A DNA stretch of 35,433 nt from an uncultured Bacilli bacterium (GCA_947623705.1 CANQHT010000002.1:1-35433); one strand, 5' to 3'. Positions 17,163 through 25,421 are shown, counted from the first letter of the stretch. Numbers and translations are program-made. Notes: generated by a model not told the origin, from the sequence alone.

Positions 17163-18053
17163 ATGAAGATAGAGAAATTAAAAGATAACCCTAAAATAGG
17201 TTTAAATGCTGAAAGTCAAGTAACGGTTAAAGAAACTGGAAATCAAACAGAGGTTAAGTATGCAATTAATAAAACTGGTGGAAATATTGTTAAATTAAAT
17301 AGCAAAGAGTATATGGTAGTAACTAGTGGAGAAATTAAGTGTTTTTCAAATTCTGCCACTTCTAGAAAAGACAATAAATCAAGTATTAAAAGAACTATGA
17401 AAAATTTACGTGATATTATTAATACTAATATAACAGATTATAAGAAAGTTCTTTTTATTACATTAACTTATAAAGAAAATATGACTAATGCAGAACAATT
17501 ATATCAAGATGTAAGAAAATTCCATCAAAAATTTAAGAGATATTTAAAAACAAATAATCTACCTTATGAATTTGAATATATTTCAGCTACAGAGTGTCAG
17601 TCAAGAGGTGCATATCATCAGCATAATCTTTATATATTTAACACAAAAGCTCCATTTATAAAAAATGATATATTAACTAAAATATGGGGTCACGGTTTTA
17701 CAAAAACTAAATCTCTTAAAAACGTTGACAATATAGGTATGTATTTAACGGCATACTTAACAGATTTAGATTTAAGCGAAGATTTAGAAAAAGAAACTGG
17801 AAAGAAAGTTAATAAAGCTATTATTAAAGGTGCAAGATTAAAACTGTATCCTAAAGGTTTTAGAATTTATCGCACAAGTAAAAATATTAAACGCCCTAAC
17901 GTATATACAGCTACCGAAGATGAAATAATGCAAAAGCTAGGTAATTCCGTTTTAACTTATGAAAAAACTTTACGTATATCTAATTATGATAATAAAACAA
18001 TAAATATCATCAATTATAGAAATTATAATAAACTTGTTAAAAACAAAAAATAA
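17163..18053 (+). CDS. HUH-superfamily rolling-circle Rep-like protein (probable relaxase/replicase)
   Basis: Three RCR motifs in order: VLFITLTYKEN (motif 1), GAYHQHNLYIF (H-u-H), and GMYLTAYLTD (Y-x-x-x-Y catalytic tyrosines). Confidence 0.75.
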   Translation: MKIEKLKDNPKIGLNAESQVTVKETGNQTEVKYAINKTGGNIVKLNSKEYMVVTSGEIKCFSNSATSRKDNKSSIKRTMKNLRDIINTNITDYKKVLFITLTYKENMTNAEQLYQDVRKFHQKFKRYLKTNNLPYEFEYISATECQSRGAYHQHNLYIFNTKAPFIKNDILTKIWGHGFTKTKSLKNVDNIGMYLTAYLTDLDLSEDLEKETGKKVNKAIIKGARLKLYPKGFRIYRTSKNIKRPNVYTATEDEIMQKLGNSVLTYEKTLRISNYDNKTINIINYRNYNKLVKNKK

Positions 18054-18118
18054 TAACTTGTTAAACTACTAGGGAAAGGTAAGGTGTAACCTCAAATTTT
18101 TAAGGAGAGTGATACACT

Positions 18119-18268
18119 TTGAAAAAGTTAACACAAGTATATACAAATAAATTAAGTAAAAAAGATATATACATAAAGAAATTTAACAAAACGGCAATTA
18201 TTGAAGAAGATTTTCATATTCACAAATACCATAACATACTTTTTATTAAGGGGTTAAAATATGACTAA
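18119..18268 (+). CDS. Small ORF (49 aa), possible accessory/RDF candidate
   Basis: TTG start 9 nt after TAAGGAGAG. Too short for the ORF track. Contains another AAATACCAT motif (18224..18232). Confidence 0.3.
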   Translation: MKKLTQVYTNKLSKKDIYIKKFNKTAIIEEDFHIHKYHNILFIKGLKYD

Positions 18269-18401
18269 ATATGATATAGTGGTATCTAGTGAATTTGTAA
18301 CCGATACAAAAACAGAAGAAGATTTTATAACACTTTTTAATCAAAAATTAGCTACTTTATTTTTGATAATAGAGCAAAAGGATAATTTGGGACTAAAATA
18401 G
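18261..18401 (+). CDS. Small acidic ORF (46 aa), possible accessory/RDF candidate
   Basis: ATG overlaps the previous stop (tATGacTAA) and is preceded by AAGGGG 7 nt upstream. MTKYDIVVSSEFVTDTKTEEDFITLFNQKLATLFLIIEQKDNLGLK. Confidence 0.3.
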   Translation: MTKYDIVVSSEFVTDTKTEEDFITLFNQKLATLFLIIEQKDNLGLK

Positions 18402-18470
18402 TATGAGTATTTATGATATAATTTACTTGTATTATTTCAGTTCAACATATAATTAAGAAAGGAAAATTAT

Positions 18471-20366
18471 ATGTTTGAAGAATTAAAAGGTGGTGAAACT
18501 TCTTCTTATAATAATACACAAGATTATAATATTAAAAATGTTTCGGTAGAAGATTATACAAGTTCGGTAGAGTTCAAAGCAATAAAAGAATTGCTAGTAG
18601 AGGATAACCTAATATATGTTACAGAATTTATAAGAAAGCTACTTGATATTAAAAAGCCAAATGATACAACTTGTTTTACGTGTGGAAATGGTAATAAAAT
18701 AGTATATAAAAATGGTTATGGTAAAAGAGCGATTTTATATCTTCGTTTATCAGTTGAAGATATGCAAAAGAAAGATACAACACCTAGTAAAAGTATTCTT
18801 AATCAATTATTATTACTTTTACAGTATTGTAAAGAACACGAAATAGAAGTAGTTGGAATATTTTACGAAGAGGGTATTAGTGGTGCTGATGAGAATAGAC
18901 CAGAGTGGAATAAATCGCTAGTCTTCTGTGAAAAAGGACATTGTGATATATACATTACAAAAACTCAAGCCCGTTTTGCAAGAGATGTTGAGATGATAGA
19001 AAGATATTTACACAAAAGATTTATTGAGTGGAATATAAGGTTTTTAAGCATTGTAGACCATAGCGATACATCACAAAAGGGTAATAAATTACAAAGGCAA
19101 ATAACGGCTATTGTAGATGAAAATAAATTGTCCGAGCAGTCAATAAACACAAAAGCAACTTTGAGAGGTAAAAATCAAGCTGGACAATGGACAGGGTCAT
19201 TTGCTTGTTATGGTTATATAGAAGACCCAAACGATATGTATCATTTAGTACCAGACCCACCAGCTGCTAAAATAGTACAAAAGATATATGAACTATATGC
19301 AAATGGTACGGGTTACTTTAAAATATGTAAGTATCTTAACGAACATAATATACCAACACCAAGTAAATATAAGAAATTGCAAGGGTCAAAGTTTAAATGT
19401 TGCAAAGCTCCAAATGGAAGTGAATTTTGGAATATTGATACCGTACGAAAGATACTAAAAGATGAAACTTATGATGGGTTACTTATTCAAAATAGAACAG
19501 AAACAATATCTTATAATATTAAGAAAGCAAGAAAACTACCAAGAAGCGAGCAAACAATAATTGCTTGTGCTCACGAAAGAATTGTTGACCCAGTTATTTC
19601 AAGAATTGTAAGACAAAAATTTGAGGCAAGAACAAATGCAACTTGTGATAATATAGATACTATTCATACTAGACCAAAACCCGACAAAAACGGCGAAGTA
19701 CATATTTTTAGTCAAAAAGTATATTGTGCAGAGTGTGGAAAGATTTTTCAAAAAACTACTGCTAAAAGTGGACCTCGTAAAAACCCTACTAAAAAAGATT
19801 ATTTGCATTGTAAAACGAATAAAAGAACTTGTCAAACTGGTTGTACTAATAATTCATCAATTCGTATTGAAGTATTGGAACAAGTTGTTTTAGAAGAAAT
19901 AAACAAACAAATTGACAAATATTATAATGAAGAAAAATTTAATAAAAGTTATTATGAGAAAAAAGTTAACACCAATTATGAAAATGAAATTAAGGCATTA
20001 CAAGAAGAAAAGATAATGTTAGATAAAAAAATTAAAGATAATACAAATCGCTTTACCTTACTTTATGAAGATAGAGCAAACGAAGTTATAACTACACAAG
20101 AATTTATACTATTAAAATCAAAATATAATGATGAGATAGAACGTTTTAATAATCGGTTAAGAGAAATAGAAGATTTAATTATTTCTTTTAATAATAAGAA
20201 ACAACAACAATTAAATGAACAAGAGATATTTAAAAAATATAAACATATTGATAAGTTAGATAGATTAGTTGTTGAAACGTTTATATCAAAAATCATTATG
20301 GGAAAAGTTGATAAAGAAACTAAAAAGAGAACTATAAATATCGTTTGGAATATTTGTAGTTCCTAA
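18471..20366 (+). CDS. Large serine recombinase (integrase) with ~80-aa N-terminal extension
   Basis: Resolvase catalytic domain (RAILYLRLSVEDMQ, Ser at about residue 94; ITKTQARFARD), a recombinase domain, a zinc ribbon (CAECGK..HCKTNKRTCQTGC) and a C-terminal coiled coil. RBS AAGAAAGGAAA and an extended -10 (tgaTATAAT, 18414..18422). Confidence 0.9.
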   Translation: MFEELKGGETSSYNNTQDYNIKNVSVEDYTSSVEFKAIKELLVEDNLIYVTEFIRKLLDIKKPNDTTCFTCGNGNKIVYKNGYGKRAILYLRLSVEDMQKKDTTPSKSILNQLLLLLQYCKEHEIEVVGIFYEEGISGADENRPEWNKSLVFCEKGHCDIYITKTQARFARDVEMIERYLHKRFIEWNIRFLSIVDHSDTSQKGNKLQRQITAIVDENKLSEQSINTKATLRGKNQAGQWTGSFACYGYIEDPNDMYHLVPDPPAAKIVQKIYELYANGTGYFKICKYLNEHNIPTPSKYKKLQGSKFKCCKAPNGSEFWNIDTVRKILKDETYDGLLIQNRTETISYNIKKARKLPRSEQTIIACAHERIVDPVISRIVRQKFEARTNATCDNIDTIHTRPKPDKNGEVHIFSQKVYCAECGKIFQKTTAKSGPRKNPTKKDYLHCKTNKRTCQTGCTNNSSIRIEVLEQVVLEEINKQIDKYYNEEKFNKSYYEKKVNTNYENEIKALQEEKIMLDKKIKDNTNRFTLLYEDRANEVITTQEFILLKSKYNDEIERFNNRLREIEDLIISFNNKKQQQLNEQEIFKKYKHIDKLDRLVVETFISKIIMGKVDKETKKRTINIVWNICSS

Positions 20367-20367
20367 T

Positions 20368-20415
20368 TTGGTATAACAGTATCCAGCACACGGTTCGAAA
20401 GATGTGGGTACTAGT
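20368..20415. repeat. attR (element arm TTGGTATAACAGTATCCAGC + core ACACGG + cwlD half-site)
   Basis: The arm starts 2 nt after the recombinase stop codon and is an inverted repeat of the attL arm. Confidence 0.7.
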
Positions 20416-20916
20416 TATGGTAGTATTTATGAAAAAGATATTAATTTAAATATTGCCTTATTTTTACAAAATGAATTAGGGGCCTTGGGGGCAACTGTCT
20501 ATATGACAAGAGATGGTGATTATGATTTATCCACTCCTAAAGCAAATTTTCGCAAGAAAAGTGATTTTGACAACCGCATTAAATTAATTAATGAAAGTGA
20601 TGCTGACCTTTATTTAAGTATTCATATTAATTATTTATCTAATGCTGCTTATTCGGGTCCGCAAGTGTTTTATAACAAAGATAATGAGAACTTAGCTAAA
20701 GTCATGCAAGAAGTGATGAATAAAAATTTAAAAGGAGACCGGGAAGTTAAAAAAATTCCTAGTACAACCTATATGTATAATAAGTTAAAAGTACCAGGAG
20801 TTTTAATTGAATGTGGTTTTTTATCTAATGGGGAAGAAAGAAAAAAATTAGTCACTGAAGATTATCAAAAAAAGATTGCTAAAACTATTGCTGAAGGAGT
20901 TCTGGAATATTTTTAA
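20377..20916 (+). pseudogene. cwlD: 3' segment of the CwlD-type amidase gene
   Basis: The frame opens at 20377 (QYPAHGSKDVGTSYGSIYEKDINLNIALFLQ..). The remainder of Amidase_3 is present (YMTRDGD, DLYLSIHIN, VLIECGFLSN). There is no SD before the tracked GTG 20404. Confidence 0.85.
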
Positions 20917-21781
20917 GTTCAATTAATCTTACTAATTTTAGAAATTCTTCTAAATCGGTATTATTGTGTAAAACTTCATAAGCTAAAGTATTCATTTTAA
21001 TACATAAATCAATTGTTATTTTAAATAAATCTTCTAAAGAATAAGTATATTCTTCATCCTTTTTAGGATGTTTCCATTTGTTATGATCTTTATTTAATAA
21101 TCTCTCATCAAAACTCGTAATATAATAAGTATTATCACTAAATGTTTCATCTTTTTTTACTAACTTATCGACAATTTTATAAAAATGCCTTTTAATACCT
21201 TTATTATCTAAAACAAAATATCTATGGATATAATAACCATTCCGTATAGAGCCAGCCATAATTTTACCAATATTATCTTCATTATAAGCCTCTTTAAAAG
21301 CATAAGTAACTAAATTACTTAAATCTTTAGTAAACTTTATTTTTGGTAACATTATTTTATAATCATGGCCTTGTAAATTTCTCTTCTGTAAATAATTACT
21401 TAAAGCATAATCGAGCATATATTCAATTCTAGAATGTTTAATAACTAAATTTTTAACTTGAAAGTTTATATACGGGTGTAATAAAGTATCAGTTATATAA
21501 TGATTAAGAAAGCCATAAATAATACTATAATCATTATCTAAATTATTCATCTTTATATATTGAATTAAACTTTTAAAAAAGATATCAACATTATTTTTAT
21601 GGGCCTTTATTCCAAAATTCTTATAATATTCCCAATGTTTATGGTAATAATATAAATTATCAAATCCTTGATTAAAAATATAGTAATAATTAATATTTTT
21701 TTGAATATTTTCTTTTAGAGGTTTATCTAATTTGTCTAAGACTTTCTTCCCTATTTTATAATGCGTATATAATGTCGGCAT
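20885..21781 (-). CDS. Zinc-dependent phospholipase C-like family protein
   Basis: MPTLYTHYKIG.. N-terminus and the GFLNHYITDTLLHPYIN pattern, as in PF00882-like proteins of Clostridia. The 3' ends overlap cwlD convergently by 32 nt. Confidence 0.55.
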   Translation of the reverse strand: MPTLYTHYKIGKKVLDKLDKPLKENIQKNINYYYIFNQGFDNLYYYHKHWEYYKNFGIKAHKNNVDIFFKSLIQYIKMNNLDNDYSIIYGFLNHYITDTLLHPYINFQVKNLVIKHSRIEYMLDYALSNYLQKRNLQGHDYKIMLPKIKFTKDLSNLVTYAFKEAYNEDNIGKIMAGSIRNGYYIHRYFVLDNKGIKRHFYKIVDKLVKKDETFSDNTYYITSFDERLLNKDHNKWKHPKKDEEYTYSLEDLFKITIDLCIKMNTLAYEVLHNNTDLEEFLKLVRLIELKNIPELLQQ

Positions 21782-21798
21782 TTTACCTTCCTTTAATC

Positions 21799-22404
21799 TT
21801 ATAATTTATCTATAGGATAAATATTTTTTCCGAAATAGCTATTTTTTTCTTTTTTATTAATTGGTATATTTAAAGTGTTTTCAATATTAAAAGCAATTTT
21901 TTCAGGATCACTATCAAGTTCACTTAAATTAATATAGATAAGCTTTTGATCATTTCTAATGCGGAATATTTTTAATAAATTTCGATGTCTTTGATTAATT
22001 TCTTGATTAGTAACTATTCCTAAGTATTTATTTCTAATAATGTAATCATCTCGATGAATAGTAGGATATATTTTAATTATATTTTCTTTATTTATGGTAA
22101 TTTTACCATTCATAAAACTATCATAAATTATTGAATCATTAGTAACTGTCAATATTTCTTTTTTATTATAAAGAAGAATTCTTATATTTAAATATATTAC
22201 TATTAAAAGACCAAGACCACCAGTAAATAGAACATAAGCCGGTATATCAATAAGTAATAATAGCGCAATAGTTTTGACTTTTTCTGTATTAGTTGAATCT
22301 AAATACATCAGAATTGTTAATATAAGTAAAATAATAAAGATAAGTTGAACACCAATTACTTTAAAAACTCTTTTAGTATTTAAATTGTATTTCATATAAA
22401 TCAC
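21799..22404 (-). CDS. Membrane protein, unknown function
   Basis: Two N-terminal TM helices followed by a soluble ~120-aa domain. No family recognised. Confidence 0.5.
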   Translation of the reverse strand: MIYMKYNLNTKRVFKVIGVQLIFIILLILTILMYLDSTNTEKVKTIALLLLIDIPAYVLFTGGLGLLIVIYLNIRILLYNKKEILTVTNDSIIYDSFMNGKITINKENIIKIYPTIHRDDYIIRNKYLGIVTNQEINQRHRNLLKIFRIRNDQKLIYINLSELDSDPEKIAFNIENTLNIPINKKEKNSYFGKNIYPIDKL

Positions 22405-22572
22405 TCTTTTCTTAGATATTTTTATCTTAACTATATTATAAAATAATAATTATTTAGTTGCAATATATTAAATATTTCACTTAATTATCACAAAAATTAT
22501 ATTAAAAATACAACAAAAATAGATATATTTAAATCACTTCTTATGGTATAATTGAATTTAGGTGAATAAGAT

Positions 22573-23502
22573 ATGGGGTCTAAGACATTTAAAAATTTAG
22601 ATGAGCAAATTGAAATATTACAAGGAAAAGGCCTAGTTATTGATGATATTGATTATGCTAAAGAAGTCTTACTTAGAGAGAACTATTTCTTTTTAAGTGG
22701 TTATAGGCATTTATTTTTAAGAAAAGATGGGAGCAGGAAATTTTTATCCGGAACCAATTTTAGAGAAATCTATGGTTTATTTAATTTTGACCGGCAGTTA
22801 AGAAATATTCTTTTCAAAAATATTTTAATTGTGGAAAACAACTTAAAAAGTATTCTTTCCTATGTAATGAGTAAAAATCATGGTTTTAAAGAACAGAACT
22901 ATTTAAATGCGGATAATTTTGTTAAAGACAGTAGTAAAACTAGACAAATCAATGATTTACTTAGAAAGATGAAACGCCAGATAAGTGTTAATGGTAAACA
23001 GCACGCAGCGACTAGCCACTATATTAACAATTATGGTTATATTCCGTTATGGATTGTAGTTAAAGTTTTATCTTTTGGCATTGTTGGGGAGTTATATTCA
23101 ATTTTACAAAGAGAAGATCAGGAGGAAATTGCGAATATTTATGGCATTAGAGTTCATGAATTAGTGGATTATTTACCAATACTAGCTAATTATCGTAATC
23201 TATGTGCTCATGAAGATATTTGCTATAATAATCATACTCATAAGAAAATTGAACACACAAAATATCACGACATTTTAAATATTCCAATGGATGAAGAAGG
23301 CGAGTATATATATGGTGTAAGTGATTTATTTGCTATTATTATAATACTTAAACAAATCTTAAAAGAAGAAGATTTTATTATGATGATGAATGAAATAAGT
23401 TATGAATTAGATGTTTTAGATGGTAAATTAGTAGCCATTGAAATAAAAGATGTTTTAAATGAAATGGGATTCCCATTAAATTATAAGGAGATAGTGAGAT
23501 AA
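22573..23502 (+). CDS. Abi_2 family (AbiD/AbiF-like) HEPN-domain abortive-infection protein
   Basis: N-terminal LDEQIEILQGKGLVIDDIDYAKEVLLRENYFFLSGY and the HEPN R-x4-H motif in LANYRNLCAHED. Extended -10 promoter tggtataat upstream. Confidence 0.8.
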   Translation: MGSKTFKNLDEQIEILQGKGLVIDDIDYAKEVLLRENYFFLSGYRHLFLRKDGSRKFLSGTNFREIYGLFNFDRQLRNILFKNILIVENNLKSILSYVMSKNHGFKEQNYLNADNFVKDSSKTRQINDLLRKMKRQISVNGKQHAATSHYINNYGYIPLWIVVKVLSFGIVGELYSILQREDQEEIANIYGIRVHELVDYLPILANYRNLCAHEDICYNNHTHKKIEHTKYHDILNIPMDEEGEYIYGVSDLFAIIIILKQILKEEDFIMMMNEISYELDVLDGKLVAIEIKDVLNEMGFPLNYKEIVR

Positions 23503-24605
23503 TGAAACAAAGTTCAAGTAAAAAAACAAGAATGGTAGTATATACCTTATTTATATTATTTTTAGGAATATTTTTAGCTTATGGAATTATTTATAAGTTC
23601 CCGGCTTTATTTAAAGAAACAATAACGAAAATTGAAAAAGATGTTACCGTTACGGATGAAGGAATTGCGGATGCGGTTGAAAAAGTATATGATTCAGTGG
23701 TAATTGTTACTAACTATAAAGGAGATACTGCGAGATCATTTGGTAGTGGGTTTGTTTATAAAGTAGAAAAAGATAAATTTTATATTATAACTAACCATCA
23801 TGTTATTGAAAATGGGGATAATTTTAAAGTTACTTATAGTGATGGTGAAGTAGTTACAGCGAAACTTTTAGGTAGTGATAAATATGCCGATATTGCTTTA
23901 TTAGAAGTTGAAGAAAAAGAAGGAATAAAACCTGTTGAAACTGGTAAAACGGAAACTTTAAGAGTAGGCGATACTACATTTACCGTAGGTGCCCCTTTAG
24001 ATAATGTTTACTCATGGACAGTCACAAGAGGAATTATTTCTGGTAAAGAAAGACTTGTCGAAGTACCAGTTGATAATGATGACTTTATTATGAATGTTTT
24101 ACAAACAGATGCTGCTGTTAACAGTGGTAATTCCGGTGGACCTTTATGTAATTCTAATGGTGATGTTATTGGGGTAATCTCTGCTAAGATAAGTTCTACT
24201 GGTGTTGAAGGAATGGGCTTTGCTATTCCAATTGAATCTGCCGTTGAAAAAGCCGAAGAGATTATTAATGGTGAACATAGTGAATTCCCTTATTTAGGTA
24301 TTTCTAGAATTGATGTCGAAAGTAAAATGTCTGATTATCGTTATTATAATTTCTTTAAAGAATATGATATAACGGAAGGTGTCTTTGTTGCAGGGGTAGA
24401 AGAAGGTAGTGCAGCTGAAAAAGGTGGTATTAAAGTTGATGATGTTATTATTGAAATAAATAATACTAAGATTAGTAATGCCGCTTATTTAAGATATGAA
24501 TTATATAAACATAAAATTGGCGATACAATTAATGTTAAAGTTAACAGAAGAGGTAAAGAAGTTACACTAAAAGTTAAATTATCTTCTAGTTTACCACAAA
24601 ATTAA
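23502..24605 (+). CDS. htrA: HtrA/DegP-family membrane-anchored serine protease with PDZ domain
   Basis: TM anchor, catalytic His (ITNHHVI), Asp (DIALLEV) and Ser (GNSGGPL), and a PDZ segment GVFVAGVEEGSAAEKGGIKVDDVIIEINN. The start shares one base with the Abi_2 stop (TAATG). Confidence 0.9.
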   Translation: MKQSSSKKTRMVVYTLFILFLGIFLAYGIIYKFPALFKETITKIEKDVTVTDEGIADAVEKVYDSVVIVTNYKGDTARSFGSGFVYKVEKDKFYIITNHHVIENGDNFKVTYSDGEVVTAKLLGSDKYADIALLEVEEKEGIKPVETGKTETLRVGDTTFTVGAPLDNVYSWTVTRGIISGKERLVEVPVDNDDFIMNVLQTDAAVNSGNSGGPLCNSNGDVIGVISAKISSTGVEGMGFAIPIESAVEKAEEIINGEHSEFPYLGISRIDVESKMSDYRYYNFFKEYDITEGVFVAGVEEGSAAEKGGIKVDDVIIEINNTKISNAAYLRYELYKHKIGDTINVKVNRRGKEVTLKVKLSSSLPQN

Positions 24606-24613
24606 GGATCAAT

Positions 24614-25231
24614 ATGGAAAATAGTGTTAAAGTTAGTAAAAGAATATGTGCTTATTTATTAGATATATTATTTGTCTATGTTGTAATTAGTTTAATTGTG
24701 GGTATTAAATTTTTAAACCCAACTTATGATAAATATATGGAATATATGGAAAAATATAATACCGTAGCGGAAGACTTTTATAATGGTGATATAACTAGTG
24801 AAGAAATGTTAAAACAAAATAATGATAATTTCTACTATGTTACTAAATATAGTGTTAGTTATAATGTTGTTATTGTTCTTTGTATAATTGGTTATTTTGT
24901 AGTTTTTCAAAAATTTAATAATGGTCAAACGCTAGGTCGAAAAATTATGAAGATTAAATTGGTTAGAGAAGATGATGAACCAGTAACTTTACTAGATACT
25001 TTTAAAAGATGTTTAAGTATGTATTATGTTTATCTTGGAAGTATTATTCCTCTCATATTAAATAGTATTTTAGTCTTTATAATTCCTAAAAGTAAATTCT
25101 TATATGTTAATATGGGAATAACTTATATTTTTGCAGGTATAGCGATTGCTTCTTTAATAATGATATGGGTAAGAAAAGATAAAAAAGGATTACAAGATAT
25201 TATAAGTAAAACTAAAGTAGTTGAAGAATAG
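24614..25231 (+). CDS. RDD family membrane protein
   Basis: Multi-pass hydrophobic profile with GQTLGRKIMKIKLVREDDE, the typical RDD-family loop. It starts 8 nt after htrA. Confidence 0.7.
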   Translation: MENSVKVSKRICAYLLDILFVYVVISLIVGIKFLNPTYDKYMEYMEKYNTVAEDFYNGDITSEEMLKQNNDNFYYVTKYSVSYNVVIVLCIIGYFVVFQKFNNGQTLGRKIMKIKLVREDDEPVTLLDTFKRCLSMYYVYLGSIIPLILNSILVFIIPKSKFLYVNMGITYIFAGIAIASLIMIWVRKDKKGLQDIISKTKVVEE

Positions 25232-25249
25232 TTTTTAATAACAAAGAAT

Positions 25250-25276
25250 AAGTGATTTTTTCACTTGTTTTTTTTG
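25250..25276 (+). terminator. Rho-independent terminator of the Abi_2-htrA-RDD operon
   Basis: aagtga-ttttt-tcactt followed by a T8 run. Confidence 0.55.
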
Positions 25277-25290
25277 AAAGTAAATTTTTT

Positions 25291-25378
25291 TGTCACTTTT
25301 TGCTGCTTTTTTGCCGCTTTTTGCTACTTTTTTGCCGCTTTTCGCCACTTTTTTGCCGCTTTTCGCTATTTTTTTTGA
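25291..25378. repeat. Helically phased array of eight GC cores separated by T4-T6 tracts (three 21-bp higher-order units)
   Basis: Cores GTCAC, GCTGC, GCCGC, GCTAC, GCCGC, GCCAC, GCCGC and GCTAT begin at about 25292, 25302, 25313, 25323, 25334, 25344, 25355 and 25365 (spacing 10/11 alternating). TTTTTTGCCGC recurs exactly every 21 bp. Confidence 0.8.
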
Positions 25379-25421
25379 AAAATTGCAGTAAAAATTAAAA
25401 AATTTCTTTTTCTTTTTTCTT

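Larger units (their letters stand above)
11202..20393. mobile_element. Integrative mobilizable element (about 9.19 kb) inserted in cwlD, with a large serine recombinase
   Basis: ACACGG occurs at 11202..11207 and 20388..20393, exactly at the two break points of the amidase reading frame. The recombinase gene ends 2 nt before the right-end arm. The interior encodes a repressor, a HelP-like protein, an FtsK-like ATPase and an HUH Rep. No T4SS or phage structural genes. Confidence 0.85.

Noticed and set aside
11202-20393. Interpretation as a prophage or a complete ICE.
   Set aside because: There are no terminase, portal, capsid, tail or lysis genes. There are no VirB4/VirD4-type T4SS, mating-pore or cell-wall hydrolase genes. 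At 9.2 kb it is too small, so an IME fits better.
25291-25378. Possible CRISPR array or minisatellite.
   Set aside because: The units are contiguous 10-11-bp cores and T-tracts with no unique spacers, no palindromic ~30-bp repeat and no cas genes.
25275-25379. The repeat array can be read as a small hydrophobic peptide (TTG..KVNFFVTFCCFFAAFCYFFAAFRHFFAAFRYFF, or FLPLFAT heptads in another frame), which is reminiscent of a type I toxin.
   Set aside because: The putative start lies inside a terminator T-run with no RBS. The periodicity is explained by the 21-bp DNA repeat itself.
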